Source of the DNA: Pseudomonadota bacterium | GTDB lineage: Bacteria > Pseudomonadota > Gammaproteobacteria > Burkholderiales > JAJZQI01 | DNA length: 58,104 nucleotides | Assembly: GCA_021847305.1 (NCBI GenBank) | Contig: JAJZTZ010000001.1 | Span: 1 to 58,104, forward strand | Direction: 5' to 3' | Part shown: piece by piece, positions 45,978 to 58,104 of the stretch | Layout of the letters: each line of letters starts with the position of its first letter | Numbering within the stretch: the first letter of the stretch is position 1 | The notes under the pieces: generated by a model | Seen by the model: the letters and a program-made list of their open reading frames with translations, nothing else | Database searches by the model: none | Told to the model about the DNA's origin: nothing | Translations under genes and position numbers: made by a program

Positions 45978-46520
45978 ATGAAAGAAAATATTGTTCTCGT
46001 GGGTTTGATGGGGGCCGGCAAAACCACCGTCGGGCGTCAGCTTGCGCGACAGCTGAACCTGCGTTTTGTTGACTCGGATCATGAAATAGAGGCGCGCACC
46101 GGAGTCACGATTCCCGTAATTTTCGAAATTGAGGGCGAAGAAGGGTTCCGCAACAGGGAATCCACTGTGCTGCAGGAGATTGCCGAGGAAGAGGGTCAAG
46201 TGATTGCAACCGGTGGCGGCGCGGTGCTGCGGCCGCAAAATCGCCGGCTGCTTAAGGCGCATGGAACAGTTGTTTATTTGCGTGCCACGGTCGATGAGCT
46301 GTGGCAACGCACCCGTCACGACCGCAACAGACCACTCCTGCAAACCGAAGACCCCAAAGCCAAGCTTGCCAGTTTGTATGGCCAGCGCGACCCGCTTTAC
46401 CACGAAGTCGCCGACATCGTGGTCGACACAAGCAGACAGAGCGTACAAAACCTGGTGCAGCAACTGCTGGAAAAGCTGGAGCACTTCGGTGTAACGAAAT
46501 TGAAGGATGCAAAAGCATGA
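45978..46520 (+). CDS. aroK: Shikimate kinase
   Basis: [23 protein letters not shown] carries Walker A. Earlier TTG/ATG at 45966/45969 are possible starts. Confidence 0.93.
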   Translation: MKENIVLVGLMGAGKTTVGRQLARQLNLRFVDSDHEIEARTGVTIPVIFEIEGEEGFRNRESTVLQEIAEEEGQVIATGGGAVLRPQNRRLLKAHGTVVYLRATVDELWQRTRHDRNRPLLQTEDPKAKLASLYGQRDPLYHEVADIVVDTSRQSVQNLVQQLLEKLEHFGVTKLKDAKA

Positions 46521-47607
46521 TGCAAACCTTGACGGTCGACCTGGGCGATCGCAGCTACCCGATTCACATCGGACCCGATCTGTTGCGGCAAGCCGGTCTG
46601 CTGGTCCCGCATCTGCAGCAGCCCAGGGTTGCGATCGTGACCAACACCACTGTTGCACCGCTGTACCTGAGCACGCTCCAGCAAGCATTGGAGCAAGCGG
46701 GGGTGCAAGTGCTACCTGTCGTGCTGCCGGACGGTGAGGTGTATAAGACCTGGGAAAGTCTCAACCTGATTTTCGATGCCCTGCTGCAACACCGCTGCGA
46801 AAGGAAAACGACCCTGATCGCACTCGGGGGGGGGTGATAGGAGATTTGACCGGTTTTGCCGCCGCCTGCTACCTCAGGGGAGTGCCATTTATCCAGATTC
46901 CCACAACCTTGCTGGCGCAGGTGGATTCATCGGTCGGGGGCAAGACCGGCATCAACCATCCGCTGGGCAAGAATATGATCGGCGCATTCTATCAGCCGCG
47001 TGTTGTGCTGGCGGATACGGCGACATTGAATACTTTACCGGATCGTGAGTTGTCTGCGGGATTGGCTGAGGTCATCAAATACGGCCTGATCCGCGATGCG
47101 GCGTTTTTTGCCTGGCTGGAGCAAAACATGACGCGCCTGGTCGAGCGGGACCCGGCCGCTCTGGCCGAGGCCATTGCGGTGTCGTGCCGCAACAAGGCGG
47201 AAGTTGTGGCGGCTGACGAGAAAGAGAGCGGGCAGCGCGCATTGCTCAACCTGGGGCACACATTCGGTCATGCCATCGAAGCGGGGATGGGCTACGGCAA
47301 CTGGCTGCACGGCGAGGCTGTGGCAGCCGGCACCATGCTGGCTGCCCGGCTATCGCTGGCCTTGGGTTGGCTAACTGCGGCCGATGTTCAGCGCATCAGG
47401 ACACTGTTTGTGCAGGCCGGATTGCCGGTCGTGTCCCCCGATCTGGGAGTGGACAGCTATATGGATATGATGGGGCTGGACAAGAAAGTGGAAGGCGGGA
47501 AGATCCGCTTCATTCTGCTGCAGGGCATTGGCAAGGGCGTGATCAGCGGGGATGTGCCGCCGGACGTGCTGAAACAGGTCTTGGCGCGAGCTGCCCTCGA
47601 TGACTGA
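46517..47607 (+). CDS. aroB: 3-dehydroquinate synthase, reading frame broken at a G9 run (pseudogene or homopolymer sequencing error)
   Basis: ...TTLIALGGG stops at TGA 46835-46837. The frame resumes at 46834 as (V)[10 protein letters not shown]...[11 protein letters not shown]...[11 protein letters not shown]. One additional G in 46826-46834 restores LGGGVIGDL. Confidence 0.9.
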
Positions 47608-48718
47608 GCATGTCGTTCCCTATGCGGTTAACCAAACGCGGGGACGGCGCCGTGGCGAGGCGGCTCCGACCGGGCGAACGGAATTTCAGCGTGACCGGGA
47701 CCGGATCATTCATTCGTCGGCATTCCGGCGTCTCGAATACAAAACCCAGGTTTTCGTCAATCATGAAGGCGATCTGTTTCGCACGCGTCTGACACATAGC
47801 CTGGAAGTGGCGCAGATCGGCCGCACGATTGCCCGCAGCCTGAAGTTGAACCAGGATCTGGTGGAGGCGGTCGCCCTGGCGCATGACCTCGGCCACACAC
47901 CTTTCGGACACGCCGGGCAGGATACGCTTAACGCCTGCATGAAGCCTTTCGGCGGTTTCGAGCATAATCTTCAGTCGCTGCGGGTGGTGGATGTGCTGGA
48001 AGAGCGCTACGCCGAGTTTGACGGCTTGAATCTGTGTTACGAAACGCGCGAAGGGATCCTCAAGCACTGTTCCGTGGCGAATGCCAGGGAGTTGGGCGAG
48101 GTGGGGGAGCGGTTCCTGAAAAAGCAGCGGCCATCCCTGGAGGCCCAGGTGGCCAATTTGGCCGACGAGATCGCCTACAACAACCACGATGTGGATGACG
48201 GCTTGCGCTCCGGTTTGATCACGCTTGAACAGCTGAGCGAAATCAAGGTGTATGCACGGCATGAGGCCGAGGTGGCCGCGCTTTATCCCGCCTTGCCGCA
48301 GCGCCGGCTGATCTATGAAACCGTCCGTCGCATGATCAATACGCTGGTAACCGATCTGGTGACGGAGTCGGGCCGGCGAATCGCCGAGGCCAACCCCCGT
48401 TCGGTCGATGAAGTCCGCTCTGCGCCGGCACTGATCGGTTTCAGTGAGGGGGTTGCCGCCGAACAGCACGAAATGAAGTCGTTTCTGCGCGAGGCGTTGT
48501 ACCGGCACTACCGCGTGATGCGCATGACGAGAAAGTCGCAACGGATCATCGAGGATTTGTTTGCCGCTTTTCTGGACGAGCCGCGCCTGATGCCGCCGCA
48601 ATATCAGGATAAGGCCAGAGAGGACAAGGCGCGCGCCGTGTGTGATTATATTGCCGGCATGACTGATCGCTATGCGATTGCGGAGCACAAACGGCTGTTT
48701 GCGGTGGACGAGGCCTGA
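47600..48718 (+). CDS. dGTP triphosphohydrolase-like HD-domain protein
   Basis: 372 aa with [17 protein letters not shown] and HSLEVAQIG...[10 protein letters not shown]. Overlaps the aroB stop by 8 nt. Confidence 0.88.
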   Translation: MTEHVVPYAVNQTRGRRRGEAAPTGRTEFQRDRDRIIHSSAFRRLEYKTQVFVNHEGDLFRTRLTHSLEVAQIGRTIARSLKLNQDLVEAVALAHDLGHTPFGHAGQDTLNACMKPFGGFEHNLQSLRVVDVLEERYAEFDGLNLCYETREGILKHCSVANARELGEVGERFLKKQRPSLEAQVANLADEIAYNNHDVDDGLRSGLITLEQLSEIKVYARHEAEVAALYPALPQRRLIYETVRRMINTLVTDLVTESGRRIAEANPRSVDEVRSAPALIGFSEGVAAEQHEMKSFLREALYRHYRVMRMTRKSQRIIEDLFAAFLDEPRLMPPQYQDKAREDKARAVCDYIAGMTDRYAIAEHKRLFAVDEA

Positions 48719-48865
48719 GCGGGGCGGGTAACGGGGTGTCGTCGGGGCTGTCGCTGGCAGGGTATTTATGGCAATTTTAGAATGAAATGATGTCCTTGCA
48801 TTGAATCTATGACCGTAACCGGTTAAAATCCAAGCCTTTTCTCTTGAATTTTTAGGTCTAGAGGC

Positions 48866-54728
<5,863 letters not shown>

Positions 54729-54790
54729 GGTGCGAGGGGCGAGGTGACTTGCCCTTCTTCCTTCCCTCTTCCCCTTCTCACGGTACAACC

Positions 54791-55852
54791 ATGAAACCGA
54801 AGAACGATACCTTTTTGCGCGCATTGCTGCGCCAGCCGACTGAATACACTCCCATCTGGATCATGCGTCAGGCCGGTCGTTACCTGCCGGAATACAACCA
54901 GACGCGTGCCCGCGCCGGCGATTTTCTGTCGCTGTGCAAAAGTCCGGATCTGGCCACGGAAGTGACCCTGCAGCCGTTGGCCCGTTTCGGTCTGGATGCG
55001 GCGATTCTGTTCTCCGATATTCTGACCATTCCCGATGCCATGGGGCTGGGCCTGTACTTCGCTGCCGGCGAGGGTCCCAAGTTCGAGCGCCCGCTGCGCG
55101 ACGAATGGGAAATCCGCGATCTGGCTGCGCCCGATCCTGCTGACAAGCTGGGTTATGTGCTGGATGCCGTCAGCCAGATCCGCAAAGCGCTGGATAACAG
55201 CGTGCCGCTGATCGGTTTCTCCGGCAGCCCGTTCACCCTGGCCTGCTACATGGTCGAAGGCGGCGGCAGCGATGATTTCCGCCACATCAAGACCATGATG
55301 TACGCCCGCCCGGACCTGTTGCATCGGATTCTGGAAGTGAATGCGGAAGCCGTGACCAGTTATCTCAATGCCCAGATCGAAGCCGGTGCCCAAGCCGTGC
55401 AGATTTTCGATTCCTGGGGCGGCGCCCTGTCGCATGCGGCCTACCATGAATTCTCCCTGCCGTATCTGGAGCGCATCATCAGCGGCCTGACCCGCGAGAA
55501 AGACGGCCAGCGTATTCCGGTCATCGTCTTCACCAAGGGCGGCGGTCTGTGGCTGGAATCCATGGCCGATATCGGCGCCGATGCGCTGGGCCTGGACTGG
55601 ACCGTCGACATCGGCGATGCCCGCCGTCGCGTAGGCGATAAAGTAGCGTTGCAGGGCAATCTCGACCCGGCCGTGCTGTTCTCCAACCCGGAAACCGTGC
55701 GTGCAGAAGCGGCCAAAGTGCTGCAAAGCTACGGCAAGGGCACCGGTCACGTATTCAACCTGGGGCACGGCGTGTCGCAATTCACCTCGCCGGAGAATGT
55801 GGCGGCATTGGTGGACGCGGTGCATGAATTGAGCCGGGAAAATCACGGCTAA
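54791..55852 (+). CDS. hemE: Uroporphyrinogen decarboxylase
   Basis: [35 protein letters not shown] is the URO-D signature. Confidence 0.95.
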   Translation: MKPKNDTFLRALLRQPTEYTPIWIMRQAGRYLPEYNQTRARAGDFLSLCKSPDLATEVTLQPLARFGLDAAILFSDILTIPDAMGLGLYFAAGEGPKFERPLRDEWEIRDLAAPDPADKLGYVLDAVSQIRKALDNSVPLIGFSGSPFTLACYMVEGGGSDDFRHIKTMMYARPDLLHRILEVNAEAVTSYLNAQIEAGAQAVQIFDSWGGALSHAAYHEFSLPYLERIISGLTREKDGQRIPVIVFTKGGGLWLESMADIGADALGLDWTVDIGDARRRVGDKVALQGNLDPAVLFSNPETVRAEAAKVLQSYGKGTGHVFNLGHGVSQFTSPENVAALVDAVHELSRENHG

Positions 55853-55979
55853 ATGATCGGGTAGGGTGCAATAACCGTAGGGCATTGCACCTGATTGGGT
55901 TTGTTCTTTCAGTAGGCCGGGGGCGTTCCCGGCCAAGCCATGGCAAAATAGCCACATTACCCGATTGCTTGTCGCTGAC

Positions 55980-58104
55980 GTGACCGAACACACTTCACTC
56001 CGCATCGCTCATATCGCCCTCGACGTGCCCTTGCCGGGGCCGTTCGACTACCTCATCCCGCCCGCCTTTGCCGGGCTGCAATTAGGCCAGCGGGTGGTCG
56101 TGCCCTTCGGGCGTCGGCGCATGGCCGGCATCGTTGTCGGGTTGGCAGACAAGAGCGCGTTCGCGCAAGATAAACTCAAACCGATCCAGGAAGTATTTTC
56201 CGCAGAATCTCCCCTGCCTGACGAGTTGCTGGCGCTGCTGCAGTTTGCCAGCCAGTACTATCATTACCCGCTGGGCGAAACGGTCATGCGGGCGCTGCCA
56301 GGTTTGCTGCGTGATGCTGAGTCTTTGCCGGAGCAGAAATTGGGCTGGCTGGCGCTGACGGATGCAGGACGCGAGGCGCTGGCCAATTTACCCAAGCGGG
56401 CGGTGGTTAAGCAGAAGCTGTTTGCCATGCTCAGCCATGCACCTGTCTGTTCCTACGATGCTTTGCGCGAGCAGGGCAGCAGCGCGGCGGCACAGGTGCG
56501 CGAGTGGCTGCAAAATGGCTTGCTGCTTGCGGCAGAGCCGCCTGCGACCGATTATGCCGCTTCTTCCATTCCCAAGCTGAACCACGAGCAAACTGCCGCC
56601 GTACACAGTGTTCTGGCCAGCCTGGGGCAATTCAAACCCTGGTTGCTGCATGGCGTAACCGGCAGCGGCAAGACCGAGGTCTACCTCAACATTGTGGCCG
56701 AGGTGCTGGAGCGCGGCGGGCAGGCGCTGGTGCTGGTGCCGGAAATCAACCTCACACCGCAACTGGAAGGGCGTTTCCGCAACCGTTTTCCCAATCATCG
56801 GCTGGTTACTCTACACAGCAACCTGGCCGAGGGCGAGCGATTGCGCAACTGGCAGGCTGCCGTCAGCGACAAGGCCGATGTGGTACTGGGCACGCGCTTG
56901 TCCATTTTTACGCCACTGCCGCGACTGGCTATCATCATCGTCGACGAGGAACATGACGCCTCTTTCAAGCAGCAGGAAGGTCTGCGCTACTCCGCCCGTG
57001 ATATTGCCGCGGTACGCGCACAGCGGCGTAACGTGCCCTTGCTGCTGGGCTCCGCCACCCCCTCGCTGGAATCCTGGTACAACGCCCAGAGCGGCAAGTA
57101 CGGTCTGCTGCAACTGAATGAACGGGCAGTGAACAGCGCCACCCTGCCCACTATCCGACGGGTGGATACCCGTGTTAACGAAGCCAATGAAGGGCTGACC
57201 GAGCCGGTTGTCGAGGCGCTGAAGAAGGCCGTCGCACGGGGCGAACAGGCGTTGGTGTTCCTCAATCGGCGCGGCTACGCTCCGGTGCTGTACTGCGGCG
57301 GCTGCGGCTGGAAGGCCGAGTGCCATCGCTGTTCCGCCGCGTTGGTGTGGCATGCCCGCCACAAGCGCCTGCGTTGCCACCATTGCGGCCATGAAGAGCG
57401 CCCGCCCGTTGCCTGTCCCAAGTGCGGCAATATGGACCTGCGTCCCGTTGGCGAGGGTACCCAGCGTATTGAAGACGTGTTGCAAAGCAGGCTGCCGCAG
57501 GCGCGCATTCTGCGCGTCGATCGCGACAGCACTCGCACCAAGGGCAGCTTCGATGCCATGCTGGAGCAGATACACGGGCGGGAGATCGATATTCTGGTCG
57601 GCACGCAAATGCTGGCCAAGGGGCACGACTTTCCCCGCGTGTCACTGGTGGTGGTGCTCAATGCCGATGGCGCCTTGTATAGCACCGATTTTCGCGCCGG
57701 CGAGCGGTTGTTCGCCCTGCTCATGCAGGTGGCCGGCCGTGCCGGGCGGGCCGAGTTGGCGGGCGAAGTGTGGATTCAGACGCAGTTTCCGGATCATCCG
57801 CTGTACCGCGCGCTGCAGCAGCACGATTACAACGGTTATGCTGCGGAATTGCTGACCCAGCGCAAAAGCGCAGGTTTCCCGCCCTACGAATTTCAGGCCG
57901 TATTGCGTGCCGAGGCGCATCAGGTACATCAATTGGAGCAGTTCCTGCAACAGGCCGCTAAACTGGCGATACCAATATCGCATGAGGTACTGGTGTTCGA
58001 CCCGGTGGAAAGCCTCATGCCGCGTGTTGCTAACCGGCATCGTTGGCAGTTGCTGATTCAGTCGGAGTCGCGTCAGGCCTTGCAGAAAATGCTCCAATTG
58101 ATGT
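55980..58104 (+). CDS. priA: Primosomal replication helicase PriA (3' end beyond the window)
   Basis: The frame is open from GTG 55980 to the window end and is not in the ORF track because it has no stop. Walker A HGVTGSGKTEVY, DEEHD, and four CxxC pairs (CGGCGW..CHRCS..CHHCG..CPKCG). Confidence 0.9.
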   Translation, partial: MTEHTSLRIAHIALDVPLPGPFDYLIPPAFAGLQLGQRVVVPFGRRRMAGIVVGLADKSAFAQDKLKPIQEVFSAESPLPDELLALLQFASQYYHYPLGETVMRALPGLLRDAESLPEQKLGWLALTDAGREALANLPKRAVVKQKLFAMLSHAPVCSYDALREQGSSAAAQVREWLQNGLLLAAEPPATDYAASSIPKLNHEQTAAVHSVLASLGQFKPWLLHGVTGSGKTEVYLNIVAEVLERGGQALVLVPEINLTPQLEGRFRNRFPNHRLVTLHSNLAEGERLRNWQAAVSDKADVVLGTRLSIFTPLPRLAIIIVDEEHDASFKQQEGLRYSARDIAAVRAQRRNVPLLLGSATPSLESWYNAQSGKYGLLQLNERAVNSATLPTIRRVDTRVNEANEGLTEPVVEALKKAVARGEQALVFLNRRGYAPVLYCGGCGWKAECHRCSAALVWHARHKRLRCHHCGHEERPPVACPKCGNMDLRPVGEGTQRIEDVLQSRLPQARILRVDRDSTRTKGSFDAMLEQIHGREIDILVGTQMLAKGHDFPRVSLVVVLNADGALYSTDFRAGERLFALLMQVAGRAGRAELAGEVWIQTQFPDHPLYRALQQHDYNGYAAELLTQRKSAGFPPYEFQAVLRAEAHQVHQLEQFLQQAAKLAIPISHEVLVFDPVESLMPRVANRHRWQLLIQSESRQALQKMLQLM

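Noticed and set aside
44394-46688. 764-aa - strand ORF spanning pilQ, the terminator, aroK and the start of aroB
   Set aside because: It is antisense to three well-supported genes and crosses an intrinsic terminator. The sequence is low-complexity with no motifs.
47600-48718. dGTPase-like gene as an anti-phage dNTP-depletion system
   Set aside because: It overlaps the aroB stop and sits in a conserved housekeeping context (aroKB ... gltBD). Nothing marks it as accessory, so it is most likely the housekeeping Dgt-like paralogue.
55853-55979. Hairpins between hemE and priA (GGTGCAAT...ATTGCACC and GGCCGGG...CCCGGCC) as a regulatory RNA
   Set aside because: They are short stems without a U-tract or conserved motif. 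They are most simply a weak terminator or REP-like spacer, and there is not enough evidence to annotate them.

Overview
The first ~4.8 kb is accessory DNA: an integron-type gene cassette array. It has eight attC-like sites and at least seven complete cassettes, and it continues past the left edge. No integrase gene is present anywhere in the window. The cargo is orphan or poorly characterised: a single-HKD phospholipase-D-family nuclease with an unknown C-terminal domain; a two-gene cassette (M48-type metalloprotease lipoprotein plus a small tail-anchored protein); two small membrane proteins; and three small ORFs in inverted cassettes.

The remaining ~53 kb looks like conserved chromosome with betaproteobacterium-like synteny:
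- gltX, an EamA transporter, lrp-dadA-dadX.
- A polyamine/GABA/beta-alanine catabolic island: agmatinase-family enzyme, MocR regulator, puuD-puuA-spuC-potFGHI, gabD, puuC-like dehydrogenase, bauA-like transaminase, puuR-like regulator. This island carries four gene relics.
- GntR regulator, malic enzyme, sdhCDAB, sdhE, zapE, hemB.
- A PilZ (YcgR-like) gene and a hypothetical gene downstream of mrcA (PBP1A), divergent from pilMNOPQ-aroK-aroB.
- A dGTPase-like gene, gltBD, hemE, and priA (open at the right edge).

aroB is interrupted at a G9 homopolymer. All calls rest on reading motifs and ORF structure by eye; no database search was run. No rRNA, tRNA or CRISPR was seen. Many long ORFs in the supplied track are antisense shadow ORFs of GC-rich genes.
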